A stretch of 64,000 bases of DNA from Patescibacteria group bacterium (lineage in GTDB: Bacteria; Patescibacteriota; Minisyncoccia; Phycocordibacterales; UBA9973). Positions 10,294 to 18,977 of the stretch are shown one piece after another. Numbering within the stretch: the stretch's first letter is position 1; the number at the start of each line of letters is the position of its first letter. The notes beneath the pieces were generated by a model that worked only from the letters and a program-made list of their open reading frames with translations, made no database searches and was not told where the DNA came from. The translations under genes were made by a program, and so were the position numbers. The stretch covers positions 10,255 through 74,254 of the forward strand of contig JAZKIP010000004.1 of NCBI GenBank assembly GCA_040384805.1. The letters are read 5' to 3'.

Positions 10294-10612
10294 CTAGGAG
10301 TCAATTCTCAGTTTTCCGGGTGGAAGCGAGGACTGGCTCCTGGGCCTTTTGGCTTTTTAGGAACGCGCACTGTGTAGTGCTCTATGAATGAACGAATTAT
10401 TCGTCTGTAATTATTTCCCTAATGTGTGAGTCTCATATAGACCGGATATTGGAAACAATGCAGTGAAAGCAACTTGCATACATTATACAACAGGAACCCG
10501 TTAAAATCAAAGAAAGGTGGGGATAAGTCATTATATTAGAAGAATCTATTTTGACAGATCTAAGTTTTTATGTTAAAAAGGAGGAAAATCGTAATCACCT
10601 TAAAACTTTCAT

Positions 10613-11080
10613 ATGCAAATCAAGACACGTATTACCGAAAAACAGCAATTATTGAAGCAATATGCCCATAAACTGTATGAAATTATTCAAACCAAAGATC
10701 CTATCTTCCGGCTCTCTTTTGCCTCTTTTTTCAAGAAAAGAAGATTCTCGGAAAAAGAAGAAGCTCTCCGTTATGCTATCCTGTATACTTTTTGGGATAG
10801 ATTCACAGGTCATACCCTCAGAAAGGAGATGGAAAAAGTATTCGGCAAAATCTCCGATGATGTTTTAAAGAAAATATTCAACGAGCACGAATGGCGGATA
10901 ACATCTCTTCCGGGTTACAGAGTATTCCGAAATTATCTGCGAAATGATGCATCTCTGACTGAAATTAAGATGAATATTGAATCGCTGATGAATCGAATTG
11001 AAAATCCTATTCTTTTAATTACTCCCAAGATGGATAATGGATCTCCCTTTATTTTGGCCTTAAGCATTTGCTTATGGTAA
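10613..11080 (+). CDS. Hypothetical protein; possibly the N-terminal part of a frameshifted DnaA-C-like gene
   Basis: No motif recognised. Overlaps the next ORF by 13 nt in another frame. Confidence 0.3.
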   Translation: MQIKTRITEKQQLLKQYAHKLYEIIQTKDPIFRLSFASFFKKRRFSEKEEALRYAILYTFWDRFTGHTLRKEMEKVFGKISDDVLKKIFNEHEWRITSLPGYRVFRNYLRNDASLTEIKMNIESLMNRIENPILLITPKMDNGSPFILALSICLW

Positions 11081-11367
11081 TGAGAATATTTTCTATCCTT
11101 GAGAAGGAAACCGGATTTACAAAAGAGCAGATCAGGGAAAAATCAGGAGAAGGCAAATTGGTAAGAATACGTTGTCTCGTTCTTGCGGCATTTGGCGGAT
11201 TTTATCCGCAGGCGCCATTAAAAGTCCGCAGTTCTATTGTCGGCGGGCATGAGCATACGAAAGCATTATATTACCAGAAGCGCCATAAAGAGGAATTTTC
11301 AGTTTTTGATGATGAATACAAGGAAATTCTTTATATCGTAGTGAAAAGATTGAATCAGAGTTTTTAA
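11068..11367 (+). CDS. Small protein with a DnaA domain-IV-like (Bac_DnaA_C) helix-turn-helix
   Basis: EQIREKSGEGKLVRIRCLVLAAF ... SSIVGGHEHTKALYYQKRHKEE parallels the DnaA C-terminal DNA-binding domain (KSKRRTRNVARPRQIAMYLAK ... FGGRDHTTVLHA). Confidence 0.4.
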   Translation: MLMVMRIFSILEKETGFTKEQIREKSGEGKLVRIRCLVLAAFGGFYPQAPLKVRSSIVGGHEHTKALYYQKRHKEEFSVFDDEYKEILYIVVKRLNQSF

Positions 11368-11447
11368 AGCAGTTTTTTTCTAGAGTATCTCCGAAAGGGG
11401 ATGCTTTTTTGATTCTTTGGATAGTCAAAACAGTTTATTAATGCATG

Positions 11448-11560
11448 TGTGCCGAGGAGAGGACTTAATTATAAACATACTTTCCGACCGATCATATATG
11501 GAAAGTCTATACAGTAAGCTCCTCTTTATCAAGGCTATGCAGAAAGAGGAGACAATAACC
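11448..11560. repeat. Direct repeat copy A (112 bp, about 96 percent identical to 12998-13110)
   Basis: TGTGCCGAGGA(G/C)AGGACTTAATTATAAACATACTTTCCGACCGATCATATATGGAAAGTCTATACAGTAAGCTCCTCTTTATCAAGGCTATGCAGAAAGA... It lies immediately 3' of the fic stop. It contains a 7-bp hairpin ACTTTCC/GGAAAGT. Confidence 0.85.
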
Positions 11561-11572
11561 TAAACATCAAGA

Positions 11573-12721
11573 TTATCGAGAATCAGCAAAGATATCTACA
11601 TATTTCTTATAAATATAAGATTGACCATATTTCTTATCTTTATCTTTTTGAGAAAGGATACCCATTTCAATAAAGCGATCAATAACTATTTGTGCACCAA
11701 CACGGGTGAATCCGGTCCATTTCTGAATAAGAGCAATATTTACAATTGGCTGTCCATAAAGTTTTGGTAAAACAACCATAGAGCTCTCAGAAGCACGCTT
11801 GCCGAGCATCTGTACTTTTTCCATATCTTTCTCACGAAGAGTAGTAACTTTACTCACAATATCAATTGCTTCATTTGCAATCTCAATTACACCATCAAGA
11901 AAGAAATCTACCCATTCAGAGACTTCGCCCTTGTGATAGCCAAAAAGTCTCTCATAATAAAGCTCTTTGTGCTTCTTGAAGAATGAAGACAGGAATAGGA
12001 CGGGCTTTTCAAGATAACCCTCTTTCCAAAGATAGAATGTAATGAGCATTCGCCCTGTTCTTCCATTACCATCAAGGAATGGGTGAATTATCTCAAACTG
12101 TGCATGAATGAGTGCTGATTTTATGACTGTGAGTATAGCATCATTAGAATGCATGAACTTTTCAAGGTCAGTAAGTGCTTCATTCATTTCAGCTACTGGA
12201 GGAGGAACAAAGCGAGCATTATCGGGGCGCGTACCACCGATCCAGTTTTGACTTTTACGAAATTCTCCTGGATCAGAAAAGTGGGTAGCACGGGCTTCAT
12301 GCATAAGTTTCTTGTGCAATTCTCGTATGAAGCGGAGAGTCAAAGGAAAGTCATCATCAGTCACACGCTTCATTCCATAGTTTAGAGCGTTGATGTAATG
12401 TAAGATGTCGTCAACATCTTCAGGAATATTTGTATTGATTTGCACTTCTGCTTCAATGGCGTCTACCATTGTCGCCATCGTTCCTTCTATCTGACTTGAT
12501 GATGCGGCATCTTTTCTTAAGTACATCAGTAAGAAAAAATCAGCATCGGGAAGAAGTTTAGTAATACCATCAAGTTTGCCGAGAAGTCGTGTTGCTTGAT
12601 CACTTTTCTTGAGAATTATAGGGTCAAACTCAAAATAACCTTTTGGTGGGAAAGGTCCTGGAATGAAGGCTTTAAACCCCTCAGGCTGAGCTTTAATTGT
12701 TCCAATTTCAAAGGATTTCAT
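11573..12721 (-). CDS. fic: Fic family protein (AMPylator-type toxin domain; class II with intramolecular inhibitory helix)
   Basis: Canonical Fic motif HPFLDGNGRTGR (around 12040-12080). Inhibitory (S/T)xxxE(G/N) motif SSQIEGT N-terminal to it. C-terminal winged-helix-like region. Confidence 0.85.
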   Translation of the reverse strand: MKSFEIGTIKAQPEGFKAFIPGPFPPKGYFEFDPIILKKSDQATRLLGKLDGITKLLPDADFFLLMYLRKDAASSSQIEGTMATMVDAIEAEVQINTNIPEDVDDILHYINALNYGMKRVTDDDFPLTLRFIRELHKKLMHEARATHFSDPGEFRKSQNWIGGTRPDNARFVPPPVAEMNEALTDLEKFMHSNDAILTVIKSALIHAQFEIIHPFLDGNGRTGRMLITFYLWKEGYLEKPVLFLSSFFKKHKELYYERLFGYHKGEVSEWVDFFLDGVIEIANEAIDIVSKVTTLREKDMEKVQMLGKRASESSMVVLPKLYGQPIVNIALIQKWTGFTRVGAQIVIDRFIEMGILSQKDKDKKYGQSYIYKKYVDIFADSR

Positions 12722-12799
12722 AGCTTGTTTACATGTTTATTTGAATGTATACAAAGTATATCAGTTTGTATACATTGAGTCAATAGATGTAAACAAACT

Positions 12800-12925
12800 T
12801 TATATCACTTCCTGCTGATAACACTTCTCGCAATATATAATTTCAGATCTTTCAGGTGAATAAGAGGTTTCAAATTCATTTAAGCAATTTCCCTCATGGG
12901 AGATTTTGAGTTTAGAGAAGGTATT
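12800..12925 (-). pseudogene. 3'-terminal remnant of a paralog of the Cys-rich gene 13112-14839
   Basis: Minus-strand translation ...NTFSKLKISHEGNCLNEFETSYSPERSEIIYCEKCYQQEVI* aligns with the C-terminus of the neighbour (...ENCSNEFETAYSPDQPDIVYCESCYQQEVV*). About 65 percent nucleotide identity over 100 bp. An in-frame stop lies upstream. It sits in the fic promoter region. Confidence 0.6.
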
Positions 12926-12997
12926 TTACAAAAGTGTTAATCGAGAAAATCCTGCTAAATCAACGGGTTCTTCTCGATTTATAAAATCTTCTCAACT

Positions 12998-13110
12998 GTG
13001 CCGAGGACAGGACTTAATTATAAACATACTTTCCGACCGATCATATATGGAAAGTCTATACAGTAAGCTCCTCTTTATCAAGGCTATGCAGAAAGAAGAG
13101 ATAATAGGTA
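12998..13110. repeat. Direct repeat copy B (112 bp), immediately 3' of the Cys-rich gene stop
   Basis: See copy A. Differences are confined to 3 short sites. The plus-strand ORF 12906-13115 runs through it. Confidence 0.85.
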
Positions 13111-13111
13111 C

Positions 13112-14839
13112 TTAAACTACTTCTTGTTGATAACAGGATTCACAGTAGACTATATCTGGTTGGTCAGGAGAATAGGCTGTTTCAAACTCGTTCGAGCAGT
13201 TTTCCTTCATACATTTTCTCTGATAAAGATTAATACCTGTTCTTTGCTTAAGTCTTTCGAAAGTTCTACAGTTTGAACACAAGCGTGGTAATGGAACTCC
13301 AAGCTTTCGATACATCTGTAACTCATCAGGGATTATCTTAAATGCTGTCGTACAGAGTTGATTACATTCACCCCTATGAGCGCATCGGATCACTTTGTTC
13401 AGGATATCCTCATTTACATCTTTTATATGATTGGGTAAATCTTCAGACTCTATGTCTATACTATAATTTCTTTCTATATCATCTTCCCACACATACCCTG
13501 CCTTTCTAGCTTCTTCTTTAGTCAGAGGGAAATATTCTTGTGCGAGAGTAGTATGATACGAAACTGGGGAGAGTTCTGCGGGAAAAAATTCTCCGTACTT
13601 ATAGATATTTCCATTTTTATCTACATACGGCATATCATCTATGTGTTTTTTAATTTTCTCAACAAGCGTGAGGTACTCTTCCTTCGTATATTCTTTGTTC
13701 AAAATACAATATTTCTTGTTGCGAAGCCCGATACACGCAAAAAGATTCTCGGATCCTCTAGTGCAGAACATCGAGTACTCCAAGTCATGCACATTTTCTT
13801 GGCAGAGGACGCAGAACTTGATATTTTGAGTTCCCACACCGCAAGAGTGGCATTCGTATACAAGCTGATTATTATCACCCCATATAGAATAGTCCATACA
13901 ATCTTCACTTCCTGGAGATTCTTGAACATACTGACAATAGCGCATATTCCGACTATCGCGTACAAGCATAGATTTGTGTATGTCTTTGGAGTGATCTATA
14001 TAATTACCAGAAACTTTATCATTTTGGAGTCCTTCAATGAATTTATTTGGAAATTTTAGCCAAAATTCTGCAACCTGTTTTTTAATTTCTGTAAGATTTT
14101 TATAAGAGCCGATATCGAAAGATTTTATTTTCTCTTCGCATTCTTCTTTAGAGTATTCTTCATTGAAGATACAGTATGACTTCTTGCGGAGATTCACACA
14201 ACCAAAGCAATCATTACAGCCCACACAATTCTTGGAAAACATCATATTGAAAGAGTTTACGCATTGTGAGGAGAAGAGTGAGTTATTACATTGAGTAAGC
14301 CAAAATCCTTCATAGCAAAATTCACATTTAGAAATGTGAGAAATGTCTATGCAGAAGCGTGATTGATTGATTCCGTGACCGTACATACAATCCTCTGGCT
14401 CTTTTGTATTAAAAACTAGATAGCTATTCTTTGGGTTACTCGCATGATTTGCGTATGGGCTGTTAACCTCGAATGTAACTCCTCGGTCTCGAATCGGCAC
14501 TCTCTTTAAAAGCTCGAAAAATTGGACAAAGAATGGCTTGGAAAAATCATAGTCCACTCCATACTCCATAGGATCCCATTCGTCTCCTTGCCATATTTCA
14601 TTCTCATACACTTTAATTCCTGATTCTGGTGAGAACATAGCAAGAATATCTTTCCCAGTGAAATCAGTCTTTCTTTTATAAAGCACTCTCTCATTGCGAA
14701 AAGTGAATCGTCTTTGCGCTCGGCATATATAGCAAAAAGTTGGAGGAGGAACTTTTATCTTCTCATAAAATGAAAAATCGTCAGGTTCAATATTAAAGGA
14801 GTTTTTACAGTTTTGGCAATTTCGAGTCTCAGGATTCAT
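13112..14839 (-). CDS. Cysteine-rich cytoplasmic protein with many CxxC zinc-ribbon-like motifs and an internal duplication
   Basis: No signal peptide. More than 40 Cys. N-terminus CQNCKNSF ... FCYICRAQRRF. Repeated units such as CVGCNDCFGCVNLRKKSYCIFNEEYSKEE and FACIGLRNKKYCILNKEYTKEEY. C-terminus CSNCRTFERL ... CMKENCSNEF ... VYCESCYQQEVV. Family not recognised. Confidence 0.6.
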   Translation of the reverse strand: MNPETRNCQNCKNSFNIEPDDFSFYEKIKVPPPTFCYICRAQRRFTFRNERVLYKRKTDFTGKDILAMFSPESGIKVYENEIWQGDEWDPMEYGVDYDFSKPFFVQFFELLKRVPIRDRGVTFEVNSPYANHASNPKNSYLVFNTKEPEDCMYGHGINQSRFCIDISHISKCEFCYEGFWLTQCNNSLFSSQCVNSFNMMFSKNCVGCNDCFGCVNLRKKSYCIFNEEYSKEECEEKIKSFDIGSYKNLTEIKKQVAEFWLKFPNKFIEGLQNDKVSGNYIDHSKDIHKSMLVRDSRNMRYCQYVQESPGSEDCMDYSIWGDNNQLVYECHSCGVGTQNIKFCVLCQENVHDLEYSMFCTRGSENLFACIGLRNKKYCILNKEYTKEEYLTLVEKIKKHIDDMPYVDKNGNIYKYGEFFPAELSPVSYHTTLAQEYFPLTKEEARKAGYVWEDDIERNYSIDIESEDLPNHIKDVNEDILNKVIRCAHRGECNQLCTTAFKIIPDELQMYRKLGVPLPRLCSNCRTFERLKQRTGINLYQRKCMKENCSNEFETAYSPDQPDIVYCESCYQQEVV

Positions 14840-14914
14840 ACATGTATTATATCAGTTTCTATTCCAATCTAGGTCATCAAAAATGACCTTTGTAAAATAG
14901 AGATGAAATTCGTG

Positions 14915-14987
14915 TGCGCCCGGTAGGAATCGAACCTACGACCATCTCCTTAAAAGGGAGCTGCTCTACCGACTGAGCTACGGGCGC
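14915..14987 (-). tRNA. tRNA-Lys (anticodon TTT)
   Basis: Reverse complement GCGCCCGTAGCTCAGTCGGTAGAGCAGCTCCCTTTTAAGGAGATGGTCGTAGGTTCGATTCCTACCGGGCGCA folds as a cloverleaf: 7-bp acceptor, D-stem GCTC/GAGC, anticodon loop CTTTTAA, T-stem GTAGG/CCTAC with TTCGATT loop. Confidence 0.85.
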
Positions 14988-15217
14988 GTGATAAATAAGT
15001 TATATTATAAGGCTAAAATCTTATTTTGTGGGCTAGGAATGACCTATCTAAGTAGACCAACTCCCTAAATCAGATAAATACTCTGCAATCAATATTATTG
15101 ATTAATAAAACCGACTTTCCCAATATAGCAGACTTTTTGTTCAATCGCCAATGCTGTAATTGACTTTAAGTGTGGCATAGACTGATCTAAGAAGAATATA
15201 TGCTAATATATTGAAAT

Positions 15218-16264
15218 ATGGAGAATATGCAATTTAATCCTAAAATGGAAATGCAGAAAAAGCTCGGTATGGATTTTGTTTCCCTGTATACACCTACCGT
15301 AGTAAATGAAATAAAAAATATATTAGAATCATCTTTAGTTCAAGATGGAATAAAGCTTTCAGAGAAAGGGGTAAAGATAGGGGTAACGAAAGGTATTTTT
15401 AATATTAAAATAGGATTATCCAAGAAAAACATATTTAAAACTTCGATGCTTGAAGCCGAAATAATAATCGGCAATCAAAGCAACTCCATAGAGGTCAAAA
15501 GCGAATCCTATGAAGGGAACGATGCTTTGAAAGAAAAAATAAAACCTTTAATAAAGAATCTTATTTCAGAACTTAAGAAATTTATTGAGAACAAATTCAA
15601 AGAAAAACCGCTCCAAATACAAATACAAGGAGAGAGTCTTGAGATAGGATTTGAAAAAATGTTTGAAGAAAAACCTCTATACGATGGCAAGACATGGAAT
15701 TTAAAAAGTAAAAGTAAAGATGGTTCTGAAGTTACTCTGCAAGATTCTCAGGGCGAACTTAAAAAAGTTAAAGCTGAGCAAGTCGTAATTCTTCTTCCGG
15801 AAGATAGATTTAAAATGCCCGAGCATATAAAAAATAATGATCTTGAAAAAAGAAGATGGGAAGAACTTCACAAGGTTCCCTTGGAAAAAATCCCTTTTTA
15901 TTTTAGACCACTGCTGGTAGGTTTTGGGCCAGTGCCAATGTATCCAAACCAGTGGGACGATCTGGAAAAATATGTGGTAGAAGAATCTTCTGACACAGCA
16001 GACAGAACCACATTTATGAGAGGATTGTCTGATAATTATTTTATCAATGAACGCAAAGAGCTTGAAGAATTGCACAAAGGCAAAACTCTTCCTTACGATG
16101 AAGATAGTATTTGGGGGACTTTAGTTTTTAAAACTTTAACCTACTTTGGAAAAGCTAAAAAAGCTGGACTAATAAAGCAATCTTTAGAAGAATTCTTACA
16201 AGATACCCACAAAGAAATCAATCAAAAGTTTGATGATGAAGCTCGGAGCAATACTAAACTTTAG
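15218..16264 (+). CDS. Hypothetical Lys/Glu-rich protein (AT-rich codon usage, no signal peptide)
   Basis: Long ORF with no recognised motifs. Bracketed by tRNA-Lys and a near copy of the tRNA 5' end (see findings). Confidence 0.4.
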   Translation: MENMQFNPKMEMQKKLGMDFVSLYTPTVVNEIKNILESSLVQDGIKLSEKGVKIGVTKGIFNIKIGLSKKNIFKTSMLEAEIIIGNQSNSIEVKSESYEGNDALKEKIKPLIKNLISELKKFIENKFKEKPLQIQIQGESLEIGFEKMFEEKPLYDGKTWNLKSKSKDGSEVTLQDSQGELKKVKAEQVVILLPEDRFKMPEHIKNNDLEKRRWEELHKVPLEKIPFYFRPLLVGFGPVPMYPNQWDDLEKYVVEESSDTADRTTFMRGLSDNYFINERKELEELHKGKTLPYDEDSIWGTLVFKTLTYFGKAKKAGLIKQSLEEFLQDTHKEINQKFDDEARSNTKL

Positions 16265-16491
16265 CTCTTTCTCTAATCACTTTAAAGGTTATTCAAATCC
16301 ATTTGACTTCGCACAGATCCTCTATAGATAGGTCTGTGCAGTTGAAATTGATGAGCCACGGGCGCGCGATCTTGTAAAAGTTATTTCGCAAGTACACTCA
16401 AAAGTATCATATTTTATGGCAAAAAACAACCAGATAATTAAATACCCTTATGCCACTCTCTATTGACATATGATCTACAATCTGTTATATT

Positions 16492-18276
16492 GTGCGAATG
16501 ATATATAACCTTAAAAGAGGATTAGGTAAGGCTTTTAATAAAAAACAACTTTCAGCATTCATAATCGCAGTGGTTATTTTCTCTTCTTTTAACATCGCTA
16601 CAACGCAGGCATTCTCGTCCAAAGGATCATTAAGCGCGGATTTCAGGGAAAACAAGATCGAAATTACCCAAGATGCGCCTTCTCCTAAGCCGATTACAGC
16701 AGATGCCCTTATTTTTAACACAGATGCGCCCCAAGCGATAAAGGCTGATGCTATAACACCACCTGCACACCCGCTTACAACGGACCTTATTCCCACGAAA
16801 GAAGTTGCGCCAAACAAACCAATGAGTCCGTCTCTGATGGTTACGTCTCCGAATGGCAATGAAATATATACCGAAGGACAACAGATCAATGTCACATGGA
16901 TCGCGTCTTCTATATCCTCAACCGCGTCTATAATAATCTCACTTGTCGTTTCTGACCAGAATGACACTTTGCTTGGAGATATGACATTACTAGTATCGAC
17001 GCCCAATGACGGACAGCAGATGGTAACATTGCCCACGATAGATTATATTCAACGCATAGTCCCGGAATTCAACATTGTTGTCCCCGGAAGACACTTCAAG
17101 ATTCTTGTCGGAAGCGATGATGTAAATTCTCCTCTCTACGATTTTTCCGATGACCTTTTCTCAATCAGTAAGCCATCATCGACAGCTTGTACTATTAACT
17201 CTTTTATCGTACCAACACAGACGATTGCATCACAGTTAAGCGCAACAGTCTCGTGGTCTTCCGATTGCAGTAATGTAATTCTTGAAGCAAACTCCGGTTC
17301 ATATACGCTCCGCCATGCCGGGAACGGGACGGGAAGATATACGTTCTCCGCGCCGCGCGGAACCACGTTTTCAAGCGCAGATAACACCCTTGATATGACA
17401 ATCATCGGAGGAAATAATACTGTTGGTGCAGGAACTGTGTCTGTGACAAAATCCGTACCGATCATTAATATTGCCAATCCCGCTTCAAACCAATGTGATT
17501 TCCTCTCTCTTTCCGGGGAGTCGGTTCCTTTTTCTCAGGGAATGGAGGCGCATTTACAATGGCAAGCTCCTGCAGGATGCATGGTTTATGTCGAAGCATG
17601 GAGAGCGACTCCCAACGGATTAGAAAGCAAGTCCATTTTCAAACCCGTAACGTATTATTTCAATGCCGCTGACTCTGTGAACGTGCCGCTTGTGGAAGAC
17701 TCGACGACATTCTACATTTCAGCCCAAGCCGGCTCTCAAAACTCTTCCGGAAGCAGGATGGTTCTTTCCGCCAAGACGATCGATGTGAAGCAAAATGTCT
17801 CACCGCAGATGTGTCTACAATCCACACCGGGCTTTCACATTGTTGCACTCAATTCAAACTCTCCCGCGTCGGCTATGATTCGTCGCGGCGCTACTAATGT
17901 CGAATTTGGCCGATTCGATATAGTTAATACTGGCCAAATCGATATTTGCGGATTAAATAGTATCCAAATCGGCTCACATAGTAATAATAATCTGACGAAT
18001 ATTCGAATGGTCGACGCTTCTACCGGATCTCAAATCGGGCAAACTGCAGCAATGGTCAATAATAATGGATCATATTATTATGAATGGATAAATCCAGCAT
18101 CTCCCATACAACTTTCCATTGGCATGACAAAAACAATCAAGATAGTCGCCGATGTTCCTCTTTCAGTGTCGACAGGAATTGCTCGATTGGGAATTTTGGG
18201 GACTAATTTTATATTCCCTGGAGCGTATGCAAATACTTCCATGCCTGTTTTAGGGAATGTGATGATGATTCGATAA
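16492..18276 (+). CDS. Secreted Ser/Thr-rich surface protein
   Basis: Signal peptide LSAFIIAVVIFSSFNIATTQAFS. Low-complexity S/T/N-rich mature region. Confidence 0.5.
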   Translation: MRMIYNLKRGLGKAFNKKQLSAFIIAVVIFSSFNIATTQAFSSKGSLSADFRENKIEITQDAPSPKPITADALIFNTDAPQAIKADAITPPAHPLTTDLIPTKEVAPNKPMSPSLMVTSPNGNEIYTEGQQINVTWIASSISSTASIIISLVVSDQNDTLLGDMTLLVSTPNDGQQMVTLPTIDYIQRIVPEFNIVVPGRHFKILVGSDDVNSPLYDFSDDLFSISKPSSTACTINSFIVPTQTIASQLSATVSWSSDCSNVILEANSGSYTLRHAGNGTGRYTFSAPRGTTFSSADNTLDMTIIGGNNTVGAGTVSVTKSVPIINIANPASNQCDFLSLSGESVPFSQGMEAHLQWQAPAGCMVYVEAWRATPNGLESKSIFKPVTYYFNAADSVNVPLVEDSTTFYISAQAGSQNSSGSRMVLSAKTIDVKQNVSPQMCLQSTPGFHIVALNSNSPASAMIRRGATNVEFGRFDIVNTGQIDICGLNSIQIGSHSNNNLTNIRMVDASTGSQIGQTAAMVNNNGSYYYEWINPASPIQLSIGMTKTIKIVADVPLSVSTGIARLGILGTNFIFPGAYANTSMPVLGNVMMIR

Positions 18277-18280
18277 AGCA

Positions 18281-18760
18281 ATGAGAAAAACAACCCTCCC
18301 CGTTTTAATTCTGCCCGATATCCGAAGCGCTCTTAATGTCGGCGCGATATTCCGGACGGCTGACGCGGTCGGGATCTCAAAAATATACCTCGTGGGCTAT
18401 ACGCCTCGGCCGACTGATCAATTCGGCAGAGTTCAGAAAGATATCGCTAAAGCGGCTCTCGGAGCGGAAACGTGGATACCATGGGAATACAAGAAAACTC
18501 TCATTCCTGTCATACGAAGTCTCAAAAAAGATGGTTTCACTATTGTCGCAATTGAGCAGGATGCGAAATCGATCGACTATAAAAAAATTAGGAAAACAGC
18601 AAAAATGGCTTTTATTATTGGCCCCGAAGTTGAAGGCTTAAGTGCCACGATTCTCAAAGAGTGCGATAGTATTGCCGAGATTCCCATGAAAGGAAAAAAG
18701 GAATCCCTTAATGTATCGGTTGCCGCAGGCGTTGCCCTGTTCCGTATCCTTGATAATTAA
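18281..18760 (+). CDS. SpoU/TrmH-class RNA 2'-O-methyltransferase (TrmL-sized)
   Basis: LNVGAIFRTADAVGISKIYLVGYTP ... AFIIGPEVEGLS ... IPMKGKKESLNVSVAAGVALFRI are the SPOUT motifs. Confidence 0.75.
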   Translation: MRKTTLPVLILPDIRSALNVGAIFRTADAVGISKIYLVGYTPRPTDQFGRVQKDIAKAALGAETWIPWEYKKTLIPVIRSLKKDGFTIVAIEQDAKSIDYKKIRKTAKMAFIIGPEVEGLSATILKECDSIAEIPMKGKKESLNVSVAAGVALFRILDN

Positions 18761-18790
18761 AACCCCTACGATCATGATCGTAGGGGTTTT
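18759..18790. terminator. Bidirectional terminator hairpin AAAACCCCTACGATCATGATCGTAGGGGTTTT
   Basis: Perfect 12-bp stem flanked by A-run and T-run between convergent genes. It shares the CGATCATGATCG core with the terminator at 5266. Confidence 0.75.
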
Positions 18791-18977
18791 AATTATGGAT
18801 TCTGGACTTTTATCGTTCCGGTCGTGTATTCCTTTATAAACGGCTTGTCTTGGCTGTCGGTTCGCGACGGGCCGCCGGTAAAAGCCCATACAAGGAATAG
18901 TACGATCAAAAAGAAAACGATCATCATCCCAAAATTATCTCCTCCGTGCATATAAGTGAAATAGAAATTAGTAATAA

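Noticed and set aside
12906-13115. 69-aa plus-strand ORF running through direct-repeat copy B
   Set aside because: Its C-terminal half is simply the repeat read in one frame. Copy A gives only a 39-aa version with a different N-terminus. The region is better explained as a gene-remnant plus repeat than as a conserved small protein.
16485-17036. 183-aa minus-strand ORF
   Set aside because: Antisense to the N-terminal part of the signal-peptide-bearing surface protein gene 16492-18276. It has no motif.
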